A stretch of 64,000 nucleotides of DNA from NCBI GenBank assembly GCA_963734545.1, contig CAVTHO010000004.1, positions 704,001-768,000 of the forward strand, written 5' to 3'. This document shows, piece after piece, positions 9,908-21,893 of this stretch; the stretch's first letter is position 1; each line of letters begins with the position of its first letter. The position numbers and the translations under genes are program-made. Origin of the DNA: an uncultured Spirochaetota bacterium (GTDB lineage: Bacteria; Spirochaetota; Spirochaetia; SZUA-6; Fen-1364). The notes beneath the pieces are model-generated. The model had not been told where the DNA came from. It did not search any database and saw nothing but the letters and a program-made list of their open reading frames with translations.

Positions 9908-11089
9908 ATGTTCTCAAACCGTGTGAAAAGAAATCAGGCGGCGAACCGTCTGTCCCGCGCGCTGGAGGCAAAAAGGGCCGCGGGCGCGGTGCTGCTCGAC
10001 CTGACGGAATCCAATCCCACCCGCAGCGGCTTCCGCTACGAGGGGGAGGCGATCTTTCGCGCCCTTTCGCAGCCGGGCTCACTCCTCTACCAGCCGCACC
10101 CGCAGGGATTGCCCGGCGCGCGCCAGGCCGTGGCAGACTACTACGGGGAACGGGGCGTACGCGTGGATGCCGACTCCCTCATCCTGGCCTCGGGCACCAG
10201 CGAGGCGTACGGGTCCCTTTTCAAGCTGCTGGCAAATCCCGGCGATGAAATCCTGGTTCCCGTGCCCGGCTATCCGCTGCTGGAGGTCCTGACAGAGCTC
10301 GAATCGGTGAGACAGGTCCCGTATCGGCTGCTGTACGAGGAGCCGCGCGGCTGGAGAATCGACATGGAGCGGCTGCGCAATACGATCAGCAATCGCACGG
10401 TGGCGATTGTCTCTGTCAGCCCCAACAACCCGACCGGCTCGTTCCTGAAGACCGACGAGCTGGCGGAAATCGGCGGGCTGTGCCGACAGTTCGGGCTGGC
10501 GCTCATCGTGGACGAGGTGTTCGCCGACTACGGACGGGGCGCGGATGAGAACCGCGTGCCGTGCGCAGCCGCCCATCAGGGCTGCCTGACCTTTGTCCTG
10601 AACGGGTTCTCCAAGGTCGTCGGGCTCCCCCAGCTCAAGCTCGCCTGGATCCACGTCAGCGGGCCGGATGCCCTGTGCCGGCAGGCACGGGAGCATCTCG
10701 AGTTCATCAACGATGCCTATCTCACCGTCGCCACCCCGATACAGAACGCCGCGGCCGGCATCCTGCGCCAGAGAGGAATGATCCAGTCCCAGATCCTCGA
10801 GCGGGTCGAAACGAACGGCGCGACGCTTGAAAAGGAAACGGCGGATGTGCCGTCCTGCCGCATACTCGAGCGGGAGGGAGGCTGGTACGCGGTTCTCCGC
10901 CTGCCCGAGGATTGCCCGGATGAGGACCTTGCGGTCGAGCTGCTGGAGAAAGATGACGTGCTCGTGCATCCGGGTTATTTCTATGATTTTTCAGGCGGAG
11001 GCTTTCTCGTCATCAGCCTGCTGACTCCCCTCGAGGTATTCCGCGGCGGCGTGCAGAGGCTTGCCGCCCGGTTGCGGGGCCGCGCATAG
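9908..11089 (+). CDS. PLP-dependent aminotransferase class I/II
   Basis: [30 protein letters not shown]. Confidence 0.9.
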   Translation: MFSNRVKRNQAANRLSRALEAKRAAGAVLLDLTESNPTRSGFRYEGEAIFRALSQPGSLLYQPHPQGLPGARQAVADYYGERGVRVDADSLILASGTSEAYGSLFKLLANPGDEILVPVPGYPLLEVLTELESVRQVPYRLLYEEPRGWRIDMERLRNTISNRTVAIVSVSPNNPTGSFLKTDELAEIGGLCRQFGLALIVDEVFADYGRGADENRVPCAAAHQGCLTFVLNGFSKVVGLPQLKLAWIHVSGPDALCRQAREHLEFINDAYLTVATPIQNAAAGILRQRGMIQSQILERVETNGATLEKETADVPSCRILEREGGWYAVLRLPEDCPDEDLAVELLEKDDVLVHPGYFYDFSGGGFLVISLLTPLEVFRGGVQRLAARLRGRA

Positions 11090-11100
11090 GTCGCTATAAT
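11072..11100 (+). promoter_or_regulatory. sigma70 promoter, leaderless gpmA
   Basis: TTGCGG-17nt-TATAAT, 6 nt before ATG. Confidence 0.7.
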
Positions 11101-11106
11101 GGCCGC

Positions 11107-11853
11107 ATGACGCGTCTCGTATTGCTTCGCCATGGCGAAAGTGTATGGAACAAGGAAAATCGGTTCACCGGATGGACGGATGTCGACCTTTCGGACAAGG
11201 GCAGAACCGAGGCGAAAACCGCCGGACAAAAACTGCGCGCTGAAGGGTACGTATTCGACCTTGCCTTTACCTCGGTCCTGAAGCGGGCTGTCCGTACTCT
11301 CTGGATGGTCCTGGACGAGATGGACCTCATGTGGATCACGGTCCTCAACAGCTGGAGGCTCAACGAGCGCCACTATGGCGGGCTCCAGGGGCTCAACAAG
11401 GCCGAGACCGCGGCGAAATTCGGCGAGGAGCAGGTGCACATCTGGCGCAGAAGCTACGACGTTCCGCCGCCGCCGCTGGAGGCCACCGATCCCCGGCACC
11501 CTTCTCACGATCCGCGTTATCGCGACCTTGCCAAGAAGGATCTTCCGCTCACCGAGTGCCTGAAGGACACGGTCGCCCGCGCCCTCCCCTACTGGCACGA
11601 GGCCATCGCCCCCGTCCTGCGCGCGGGAAAGAAGGTGATCATCGCCGCGCACGGCAACAGCATTCGCGCCCTGGTCAAGATGCTGGACAAGATCTCGGAT
11701 GCCGACATCGCCGGCCTGGACATCCCTACCGGCATCCCCCTGATCTACGAGCTGGATGACGCGCTCTCGCCCATCCGGCACTACTACCTGGCGGACCAGG
11801 CCGAGCTCGAAAAGGCCGTGGCGTCGGTGAAGAGCCAGGGCAAGGCAAAATAG
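11107..11853 (+). CDS. gpmA: 2,3-BPG-dependent phosphoglycerate mutase
   Basis: [32 protein letters not shown]. Confidence 0.97.
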   Translation: MTRLVLLRHGESVWNKENRFTGWTDVDLSDKGRTEAKTAGQKLRAEGYVFDLAFTSVLKRAVRTLWMVLDEMDLMWITVLNSWRLNERHYGGLQGLNKAETAAKFGEEQVHIWRRSYDVPPPPLEATDPRHPSHDPRYRDLAKKDLPLTECLKDTVARALPYWHEAIAPVLRAGKKVIIAAHGNSIRALVKMLDKISDADIAGLDIPTGIPLIYELDDALSPIRHYYLADQAELEKAVASVKSQGKAK

Positions 11854-11896
11854 CCGGCGCAGAGAGCCCGCCGACCGTTTCCACGGATAGAAACCC

Positions 11897-13278
11897 ATGC
11901 CGACACTGCACCGCGAGGTCACCCTCGCGCACATGCTCACCATCGCTTTTCCCCTGATCGTCTCCCAGGGCTCGGAGACCGTCATGCTCTTCTTCAACAG
12001 GTATTTCGTCTCGTTTCTCGGCTCCGACTACATCCCTGCCTCCATGAGCGGCGGCCTGACCCAGTTCGTCTTCACGTCCCTGTTCGGGGGGATCGTGGGG
12101 TACGTGAACGCGCTTGCGGCCCAGTACCACGGGGCGGGCCGTCCGGAGCGCTGCGTCCAGGCTGTTTCCCAGGGGCTCTTACTCTCGGTCGTCTTCTATC
12201 CGATGCTTCTTGCGCTGATTCCGCTCGTGCACCTCGGATTCGCCTGGGCGGGACACGAGCCGCGGCTGGTCGCCCTCGAGTTCAGCTTCTTCCGTATCCT
12301 GATGTTCGGGTCCTTCATATTCCTGGCGCAGGGCGTGCTGGCCGGCTATTTCATCGGCCTCGGGAAGACGCGGACGGTCATGGTGGCCAGCTTCCTCGGC
12401 ATATTCGTGAACATCCCCCTGACCTGGATTCTCACCCTGGGCCGGCTGGGCATTCCCCGGCTCGGCATCGAGGGGGCGGCCATAGGGACCCTGTGCGGAT
12501 CCTTCTTCACCGTGGCGCTCCTGTTCGTTGCGTACCTCCGCAGCCCCGCGTACCGGGCCCATCATGGAAACGGCGCCTGGAAGCCGCGGCGGGAGATGCT
12601 GGTGCGGCTTCTTCGCTACGGCGGCCCGGCAGGCGCCGAGGTCTTCATCAATGTATTTGCCTTCAACCTGTTCATCCTGCTCATGCAGTCCTACAGCCCC
12701 TCCGTGGCGACCGCGGTCACCATCACGTTCAACTACGACCTGGTGGCCTTCATTCCCATGCTCGGCGTGGGAGCCGCGGTGACGTCCCTCGCGGCCCAGC
12801 GCATGGGCGCGGGCGATGTGCGGGGCGCGCGGCGCGCCGCTTTTCTCGGGCTTCGCGTGGCGTGGAGCTACGCGAGCATCATGGTCGTCGTGTTCGTGGT
12901 CGGCGCGCCCATGCTGGTAAGGGTCTTCTCGGGCGGATTCAGCGCGGGTGACGAGGAGATTCTCCCCCTTGCCCAGAAGCTGCTGCGCCTTGCCGCGCTC
13001 TACACGCTGGCGGACGCCACGCAGGTCGTCTTCTCCGGAGCGCTGCGCGGGGCGGGTGACACGAAGTGGGTCATGATCATCTCGGGGGCGCTGCACTGGG
13101 CATGGCAATCGGCTCATTCGTTTTCATCCGCATCCTCGTTCTGTCGCCGGTCGCCGTGTGGTTGTTCTTCATCGGGTTCGTCGTATCCATGGGAGTGGCC
13201 ATGTATCTGCGGCATCGTCACGGCGCATGGCAGTACATCAGGCTCGTGGAAGGCGTTCCGCCGGCTCTCGCGGGTTGA
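11897..13278 (+). CDS. MATE family efflux transporter (frameshift near 13100)
   Basis: AQYHGAG, LGIEGAAIGT, GALRGAGDTK; C-terminus continues in ORF 13066-13278. Confidence 0.88.
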
Positions 13279-13292
13279 GCGCCGGACGCCCC

Positions 13293-13769
13293 TCACTGCG
13301 CGCGCGCAACCCCTTCACGGCGCTTGCGGACATAGTCCGGGAGGATCCCCAGGTCAAGGTATCTCTGCCAGACCTCGTGCGGCAGGTACTTGCCATCCCC
13401 GATGAGCTTGCGGCACGAGGGCCTTCCGCACTGGCAGGCCATGGTGAAGTCGTCTTCATCGAGCGTGGTGGAATAGTCGAAAAGGATTTCCTCCCCCGCC
13501 GCGATGTCGCGAATCGCGTACAGATCAGCGGTTGTCCCCTGGATCTTGAATCCCGCGTTCGGCTCGCAGGAGTGGTTGATGAAGTCGTCGAGACCGCCCG
13601 AGGCGCCGATGTACAGGTCAGGGGCGATCTGCAGGGCGAGCGTGTGCGCGGTTGTCTCCGCGTGGCGCAGCAGGGGTCCGGTGAAACGAATGATCCTCGT
13701 TGCGGCAGCGATGGGTTCTTCAGTGAAAACGCCGCGGCCGTGCGTGCCCTGTCTGACGGCAAGCTTCAT
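13293..13769 (-). CDS. SET-domain protein-lysine methyltransferase with post-SET
   Basis: GRGVF, FINHSCEPN, EEILFDY, CQCGRPSCR. Confidence 0.92.
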   Translation of the reverse strand: MKLAVRQGTHGRGVFTEEPIAAATRIIRFTGPLLRHAETTAHTLALQIAPDLYIGASGGLDDFINHSCEPNAGFKIQGTTADLYAIRDIAAGEEILFDYSTTLDEDDFTMACQCGRPSCRKLIGDGKYLPHEVWQRYLDLGILPDYVRKRREGVARAQ

Positions 13770-13948
13770 GCAGCCGATCTCCTTTCTCGCCCGCCCTCGG
13801 ATGCGGGCATGAAATCCAGGCTAAAAATACTTGCTCCGGCTCTTTTCAAGTACTAAAATCCTGGTTGGAACTATTTGTCCGGAAGCCTTGATATTATCTA
13901 TATTATGTGAGATATTATAAGTGGCTCCATTATCTAGAAGGCGGAGAG

Positions 13949-15626
13949 ATGCACGGCCAGAGGTCTTGTGCGAAGATAGGCTACTCCCTGCTCAGCCGTT
14001 ACTCCCTCGCGGCTGCACTCGCCGGCCTCACACTGCTTCTGCTTACCTGCTCGAGCCCGGTCTCGGAGGATCTCGTCCTTTCCGTTGTCGGGACCATTCC
14101 TTCCAACGGCGACACCAATTTCGATCCTGGCCAGGCGATCGTGGTCAGCTTCAACAAGGATCTGGATCCCGGCTGCCTGGCAGTTGCTCGCCAGTAACCA
14201 TCCAACCCTCTTCCCTCACGCTGACATTCTCCTATGACAGCTCATCGAAAAAGCTCGTTATCGAGCCTCATCCATTCCTGGCGAGCAACTCACACCTACA
14301 CGGTGAGCTTTGAAACGACCCTGAAGGATTCTTCAGGAGGCACGCTCCCCAGGCAGGTCGATCTCTCTTTCACCACCGGCGACAGGCTCGCAGGAGATGT
14401 CAAGCTGGTCGGTGGCAATACCTATGACGGAAAGCAATATACGCACGAAGACAGCGTCACCCTGTACCTGCAGCACAATGCTCAAGCTTCGCCTGCTTCA
14501 CCTGTCCACGTGCACATAGCAAAAAGCGAGGCAGAATTGTCGGGCGGATCACCCGTGAATCTCGACATGGTAGGCCCCTCAACAAACTATTTTGAATGGC
14601 CGCTCGACCACCTCTTCCAGGGCACTCAGATGGTCTATGTGGAGTATTTTTTTGGATCCCAATCGTCCGCCATAAGGTCGGCGGAAATCGTGCATGACAC
14701 CGAGAAGCCGTTAGTCCAGCCGGCCAGCCTTTCGTCTCCGTACTACAATATGTACAATGCTACCCAGAACCCCCCTGTACGTGGGGCGGCAACCGCAACA
14801 GACGCCACAAGCGGGGTTTATTCCTACAACTGGACCGGGGACCCGGCGTGAGCTTCAACACTTCGGCTCCTAACAGTCCCCAGTCTCCCGGCCATAACGA
14901 TCAGCGGCGGACCAGAAACGGACAAGCCGTACAACCTGTCGCTGACCGTGACCGATTGTGCCGGCAACAAGTCTGATCAACAGGATTTCACAATAACCAA
15001 GGCAACAGTTCGTCCCGGCAAGCCGACAGAATCGATGGACAGCAGCAGCTTCGGGGACAAGACTCCAATTCTCAATCCACATCCGTCTGTGACATGGGTA
15101 TGGGAAGCCAGCCCAATTCAAGGCTTTCCTCCGGATTCATTCCTGGAGAAGTTGGAAAGTGAAACAACATGGACGGCTGCCCAGCTCTCGACCCTCTCAC
15201 GTAGTCATGACCGCACTCTCGGACGGAACCTACAGGCTCATGGTCAGTACAGGTCGACGCTGCCGGAAACCAGTCACCTGTATTAAGCATGCCGATCATC
15301 GTGACACCAGTGATCCCTCCTGACGGGAGCACAACTGCCACAGTTACTCTCTACCTCCAGTGGCGTGATTTCTTCCAGGGAGCGGGCAGGGCTCTGGGAG
15401 CGCAATACAGAGTACACTTCTGGCCCCATAACGATTCCAATCCCGAGCATATGGTCGTCTACACTAGTGCCGGCATCATGCGACAAGCGGGCCCATCTAT
15501 GATCTGGATCACGGCCGGACATACGACTGGTACATCGAATGGTCCTTTGATGGAGGCGAAAGCTATCTCACGGAAAACCGCAACCCATCGACTGATCAGA
15601 CGTACCATCAGTTCACGACACCGTAA
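13949..15626 (+). CDS. Multi-Ig-domain lipoprotein A (Big_5-like N-terminus), several frameshifts
   Basis: Lipobox LLLTC; PSNGDTNFDPGQAIVVSFNKDLD; fragments 13907, 14234, 14948 and 15289 are collinear with the 25887-27526 paralog; likely end YHQFTTP-stop. Confidence 0.6.
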
Positions 15627-15646
15627 GCCGCCGTCCTGTCAATTTG

Positions 15647-17307
15647 CTATTTCTCGCTCATGACCGTGATGCCGGACCAGTCCTCTGCAGGCGGGTTCTT
15701 CATGAAAGCTTCGATTCTCTGGAGAAACCTTCCTGAAACCGCATCTCCCGGCATGAGATTCAACACCTCGCGGAGTGCTTCCGCCGCGGCCTTGAAGTCC
15801 CTGTCGTAGTACAGCTTGATACCAGTCTCGTGTATCTTCCAGGCCTCGGCCTCCAGCGGGCTGAGGTTCCGCCGGGGCGTGTAGATGAGGATCCCCTTCA
15901 CTCTTCCTTTCACTGCTACCTTGTCGATGGCCTGCAGGGTATCTTCCCTGCCAGGTCATTCACCAGCGGCTCGGACACGATCATCTCTTCGTGGTAAACC
16001 TTCGTGAGCCCTTCCAGCCGGGAGGCCAGGTTCACCATGTCCCCGATCACCGTGTAGTCCATCTTCTGTTCCGAGCCGATGTTTCCCACCGTGACTTCCC
16101 CATAGTTGATGCCGATCCCGATCTTGAATTGCGGCCGGCCCTTCTTGAGCTGGCCGGCGTTGAAGAGCTTGAGCGCATCCAGCATGTCGAAGCCCGAGAC
16201 TCACGGCCTGATAGGCCTCGTCACCGTAGTGCACGGGAGCGCCGAATGTGGCCATGATCGCGTCCCCGATGTACTTGTCCACGATTCCCTTGTGCTCCAT
16301 GATGATCTTTACCATCCGTCCGAAGTAGGCGTTCAGCGATTCCACCACCTCGTTGGGGGGCAGGCCCTCGGAAAGAGTCGTGAACCCGCGGATATCGGAG
16401 AAGAGGACCGCGAGCACCCGGTCCTGGCCCACCAGCATGGACTCGGGATTGGCGAAGAACTCGTCGATTACCGCCTTGGGCACGTACTTCTGGAAGATGT
16501 TCCTGATCTTCTGCTCGCGATGCTGGGCAACCACCGCTTTCAGCGCGTAGCCCTTGATCTGCTTGTAGGCCTTTTCCAGCTCCTCTGTCATCAGGTTCAG
16601 GCTGTGGCCAAGCTCCCCGGTTTCGTCCTTGTAGAGTATTTCGACGCGCTTGGACAGATCGCTCGTGCTCATGATCTGCCGCATCACTGAAACCACCATG
16701 CGCAAAGGCTGCGTCATGATGAACGAAAAGTAGAACAGCAGGATCAGGGCGATTGCCAGTGAAACCAGGAGGATCACCGCGGTCTGCCTGAATATCTGGG
16801 TGGTGATCTTGTAGAAGGCGTCGCGCTTCTCGGTGACAAGAACATACCAGCCGAACGGCGCGAACTCCTTTGCCTGGGCAACCCTTTCCACGCCGCCCGC
16901 CTTGAGCTGGGCCCAACCGGCAAAGCCATCCGCTTTCATGCGTGAAAGCTGGGCGGATTCCGGACTGCTCAGAGCTGAGATCTCCGGTGTGCAGGACCAC
17001 GTTTCCCTGAGCGTCAACCGCAAAGATCAGCTCCGCCTCATCCCGCACCAGCGAGCGCGCGTAGGATGCCACCGCGGCCTTCGCGGCATCCACGAATTCC
17101 AGTCTCCCGACCATATTGTTCTGCACCAGAAGGGACCACTGGCTGTTCGCGTAGTTTTCAAGGTCATCGATCTTGAAGCGCAGAAAGCTGGTGGCGATGC
17201 CGGTGATCCCGTTCCTCGCCGACAGCGCGGCGATGTACCCCGTTACAAGGAGCGGCCCCACGATCAGGGGGAGAACCAGCAGCACCACCTTTGCCCGGAA
17301 TATTCAT
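15647..17307 (-). CDS. Membrane class III adenylate/guanylate cyclase (TM-sensor-TM-HAMP-cyclase-TPR tail), frameshifted
   Basis: [52 protein letters not shown]; K and D specificity residues suggest ATP. Confidence 0.9.
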
Positions 17308-17494
17308 CGTGAGCAGACTGTACTATGACGGCTTTCACCGGGTCAACGCAAAGCCCGGCCGGATCCGGACTGCGAAAAATCGCTCCTTGCAGATGCGACT
17401 GATTGCGGCAATAATGCCCCTGTTCCTTGCCTTCGGCTGCACTTATTGCCCGTGGCAGCCGATCTTGAGGGAAGGGCCGCAGGGAGAATCAGAG

Positions 17495-19411
17495 GTGAGG
17501 GGTCTACTTCGCAAAGCGCTCACGCTGCACGCACATGGAAAATCGGCGGAAACCCCGAAGCCGGCCGATCTGCTGCTCGAAGACCCGGAGGGGCAGGACG
17601 AATCCACGGGCATATCCGTGGAAGAGAAACGGCAGATAACCGACCAGATCGACCGGCTCATGGCGGACAACAGGATCGAGGTCTCTCCGGAGAATCTTTC
17701 CTATGTGTCCCGGCGCAACGGCGCGCTCCTGCCTTTGTTCAGCAATATCGCGATTCTCTCCGTGGTAATTATCGCCCTCCTCGTCATCTCGCACTTCCTC
17801 AACCGTCAGGAGAGGTCGATCGCCACATCCGGAACAGCGATCCTCACCGCCGAAAGCAAGCTGATTGCCGCGCTCAGGCAGGAAGCGGATCAACAGCTTC
17901 AGCAGAGAGACCGCACGATCGTGGATGCGCAGAACAAGCTCAACGCAATCAGCAGGGAGAAGGAGCAGCTCCGCGGACAGGCTGACTCGATCATTCGCGC
18001 CCGAGAGCAGGAGCTCAAGGACGATTTCGACCGCAATCTTGCCGCGGAGCGGGACCGGCTGGAAAAGCAGGGCATGGCCGCAGCCTCCGTCGAGCAGAAA
18101 ATGAAGGCCTTCCAGGATGCGGAAAGACAGCAGCTCGAGCAGCAGCTTGCAGGCGCGCGCCAGCAGGCCGAGGCGGATCTGGCGGCAAAGCAGGAGGCCT
18201 TCGCCGCCCAGGAAGCACAGTACCAGCGCGACCTCGAAGCAGCCCGGCAGGAACGCATACGAATGCAGGACGAGACGCGGCAGAAAGAGGCGGAGCTCCA
18301 GAAACAGTACGCGCAAAAGGCGCAGCAGGCCGAAGACGAAGGCGCACGCGTGGGAGCGGAGCTGGCGCGCCTCCGCGCGCAGCAGGACCAGGAGAAGCTG
18401 GTGCTCGACCAGCTCACTGCCGGCTACGCGCAGGTGAATGAATCCCTCCAGGCGGCCCGGTACGATCAGGCGCAGGAAGGGCTGGCCTCCCTCAGGAAGC
18501 TGCTGGATGACGATTCTGTTGCCGCTCTTCCCACGGTGCAGCGGAGACGCTCGGTGGAAGTGTTTCTTATCAGCTCTCTTGAAGAGCTGGTGAAAGCCCG
18601 TCAGGCCGGGACATCCACGGACAGCGCCTCTCTGGCACAGACTTCATCCATCATCAGCGAAGTTACCGATCTGGTCAGGCGCGGGGATGAGCTCGCCCAT
18701 TCGGGAGACGCGCAGGGCGCGCGTCTGGCCTATGAGGCGGCACTGGGAAAGGTCCCTCCCCTCGCAGCCGCATCCGGGAAAATCCAGGATATGCGGAACA
18801 ATGATGCCGCGGCACTGCTGCGTCAGGCGAACGTCTTCTACCAGGCGGGCAACTTCCAGGCTTCCATCGACCGCTACCAGCAGACCGTGGGACTGCTTCT
18901 GAATGACAAAGTCCTGGCCCGGCAGCTCACCGATTCTCTGACAAAGGCAGGCTACCGGATATTCGCCGCGGATGACCTTGCCCAGCTCGCCCGGCTGAAA
19001 AGCACGGACCAAAAGCGGCAGGAGGTGAACGCCCGGCTCCGGGATATCCGTGCCCAGTACAAGGCGTACGTTGCCCTTATTCCCCGGTCCTCTGCCGCAG
19101 ACCCGAGCTCTCCTGAATCCCTTGCCACATTGCTTCAGGCAAAGATCCTCCTCAGACAGGTCCTGGACACCGAGCCGGTGCGCTCGCAGTATCCCGATCT
19201 TGCGGCAAAAACCGAGCGCTACATCGACGCAGTCTCGGCAAGGGCAAAGGACGAGGGGCGCAAGGAGGCGCTCGACGCGTTGGACTCTCTGTTCGGCAAG
19301 CTGCAATCCGGCGACAAGACCTCCCTGCCCGGTCTGGCCCAGATCTCAGCGAATGGTGAACGGGATCCGCTTCTCCGTCTCCTGGACAGGCTGCAGGCGA
19401 TAATTCAGTAG
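17495..19411 (+). CDS. Membrane-anchored long coiled-coil protein with TPR-like repeats
   Basis: One TM (ILSVVIIALLVI), long Q/E/A-rich heptads, ANVFYQAGNFQASIDRY; GTG start with GGAG. Confidence 0.7.
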   Translation: MRGLLRKALTLHAHGKSAETPKPADLLLEDPEGQDESTGISVEEKRQITDQIDRLMADNRIEVSPENLSYVSRRNGALLPLFSNIAILSVVIIALLVISHFLNRQERSIATSGTAILTAESKLIAALRQEADQQLQQRDRTIVDAQNKLNAISREKEQLRGQADSIIRAREQELKDDFDRNLAAERDRLEKQGMAAASVEQKMKAFQDAERQQLEQQLAGARQQAEADLAAKQEAFAAQEAQYQRDLEAARQERIRMQDETRQKEAELQKQYAQKAQQAEDEGARVGAELARLRAQQDQEKLVLDQLTAGYAQVNESLQAARYDQAQEGLASLRKLLDDDSVAALPTVQRRRSVEVFLISSLEELVKARQAGTSTDSASLAQTSSIISEVTDLVRRGDELAHSGDAQGARLAYEAALGKVPPLAAASGKIQDMRNNDAAALLRQANVFYQAGNFQASIDRYQQTVGLLLNDKVLARQLTDSLTKAGYRIFAADDLAQLARLKSTDQKRQEVNARLRDIRAQYKAYVALIPRSSAADPSSPESLATLLQAKILLRQVLDTEPVRSQYPDLAAKTERYIDAVSARAKDEGRKEALDALDSLFGKLQSGDKTSLPGLAQISANGERDPLLRLLDRLQAIIQ

Positions 19412-19422
19412 CTGCACGGACT

Positions 19423-21893
19423 TCAGTTCGCCGGTAATGATGAGAGTATAGGTCGGGACGGTTCTGCTGGCGAGTGACACATCGAATCCAGCGAGGTATC
19501 CAGCCGCGTCACGCAGCCAGGTAGCGGAAATGCTGCTCCCGGCCGCAACGTTTGCGCTTTGGGCCATCGTGCTCGGCGCAGGTCATGAAATAGAGCGTGA
19601 CGTTGTGGTGTCCTGCCCAACTGATGTAGACGGTAACGCTGGCAGCAGTGCCCGTATTGTAGGCAAACATGTCGTCGGTATCTCGTAAGCAGGTCATCCA
19701 GTCACGAGTAACGCTCATGCCAGGCTGCAGCGTGATGCCGAGGTTCGTCGCGTCGCTTGCAGGTTCGTCGCATGTTGTTGGGCTCTGCTTCGTTGATGTA
19801 GCCGACAGCCGTAAGTACTCCCGTACGCCTTCGAATCGTTCGTGGAATCCGTATCGACATCCACCGGGAGCCGAGACCATGACGACAAGGTCGTAATTGC
19901 CGTAGTGCATCGGGCCACTGCGCCGGTAATGGAATATCACGCTGAAGTCGTCGACGCAGGGAGCGGCGGTCGAGACTCCGGAGGCCATGGCAACGGCGGA
20001 GGAATCCACGAGCCCGCTCGTGGAGGCGTACGCTGTCCAGCTCACGTACTGAGAGCCTTGTCCGGCGCTCGTGATTGCTGAGGTGGAATGATGCACCGTT
20101 CACGTTGCCCAGAACCGCCGCAGTCGGTGCGCACCGTGTATAGTTGACCGACGAAACGGCATAGTCGATGATGCGGAGCGGTCATCACGTATCCCGGGCT
20201 TGCCCTGACATTGTACAGTAGGGCCCACATCATCCGAAGCAGCGACCGACACGATCAGGAAGTACGTGCTTCCGAGGCGTTCGGCCAGATTCCCGGTGAC
20301 GGGAATGAATGGGCACGACGGACGACGCACGGGAATTGAGCTGGCCGGTCGTGCTCGAGGCAATCAGAGTGTCGCCGCATGGGCGTGAGCGTAGGTGCCA
20401 CGTACGCGGTCCAGCATATTCTGGGTGCCGTTTGCAGTTCCCGACGTTCTGGAGATGTGAAATTCGCCGTTCGAGCGGGTCGCCGGCCACCTGGCCGAGC
20501 CGTGGCTGTCAACCGCACCGTAACCGGTTGTAGTCCACATGCGTCGTGGTATCCCCTCCGCTCGCCTGGCTATTGTTCCCCGTATTGATGTCGTCCGCCG
20601 CGGAAACCCGCACTTTCAGGAAATAGGGACCACCGGGCGTGCTCGGCCACGTGCCGGTAAAGCTGATCGCCGCGGAGTCCGGTGCGGCCAGCCAGCGCAC
20701 CGTGCGTCCCCGTGTCGATCACTATGTCCGGCGGCGCGGTGATCGTGGGAGATGAGCTGAGGCGACACGTATGCCGTCCACGTCACGGTCTGGCTGCCCG
20801 GCATCCGCGCCCGTGTTCAGAAGCGTGAAGCTTCCATTCAGCGGGCCTCCGGCAACCAGGGCTCCGGTGCTCTGGACATTGGACACGGAATAGTCGATAT
20901 TCGGCGGAGAAAGGGTGACCGGTGTAGGGACCCGCGATGTTGTTCGCGGAGTTGAGATCATCATCGGCCGCGACCACGACGAAGAGATACTTTGTCGCGC
21001 CGCCGGGAACAGGCACGACAGGCCAGGTCCCCGTGATCGGGATGGTCACCGTGTCGGACGGCGTACCGGATGCGGCCAGCGATCCGGCGACGTTGTTGGT
21101 CAGGATCTGCATCCCCGCGGTGTTGAACGTGGAAGAGTCGGACAGGTAGACCCACCAGCTCACCGGTTGGGATCCTCCTGATACGCCATTGTTCTTTACA
21201 GTGAACTCGTAGCCCGCGGCAACAGGCTTCCCTCCCTTGCCTCCCGTGGGAGGCGTGACCGACTGGATCGTATAGTCGACGTTGGTTGCCGTCAGCGTGA
21301 CGTGCACGGTTGCCGTTGTTGTTTGGGGTGTGACCGGGGTCGAGTCCGTCACTCTCACCGTGTCGTCTCCGGTGGTGAACCCGGACGTGTAGAGCCCGCC
21401 GGTGGATATCGTGGGACCGGATTGGGAGCCGGCGTCGAATGCTGAAAGTGTACGGGAATGTTCCGCCCACCGCGACGAACTGGATCGTCCCGTTCTTGCC
21501 GACGCTGACATCGGAAGGATTGATTGCGAGGAGCCCTGTCGGCGTCACATTTATCGTCGCATCGCTTGTCTTCTTGTTCTTGTCCGTCACGCGGATGACA
21601 GCGGTCCCCCCTCCGCTTGCAGAGAATACCCCTGTGGAGCTGTTGATGGTTCCCGGTCCTGACACCACCGAGTAGGTATAGGGACGAGTGCCGCCGGTGG
21701 CGCTGAAGGTCAGGCTCGTTCCGTCGGCAATCGTGCCCGCGGCGGGCGCAATGGTCACGGGGCCGCTTACTATCTGGTCTCCAAGGGCACCGTAGAATAC
21801 GCCCTCCTTGCAGGAAGCAAGGGACAGGAGGAGAAGAAGAAGCCCATGGATCAACGTTCGTCGCACGTGAAATTCCCCGGCTCCGCGCTTCAT
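19423..21893 (-). CDS. Large surface lipoprotein with Ig/CARDB-like repeats and a PPC-like C-terminus, heavily frameshifted
   Basis: Lipobox LSLASC; repeated module (VDY...GSQxVxWxxYxS...GTWP...AADDxNxxNN) about 4 times across frames; EAEPNN and DTDDMFAY. Confidence 0.55.
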
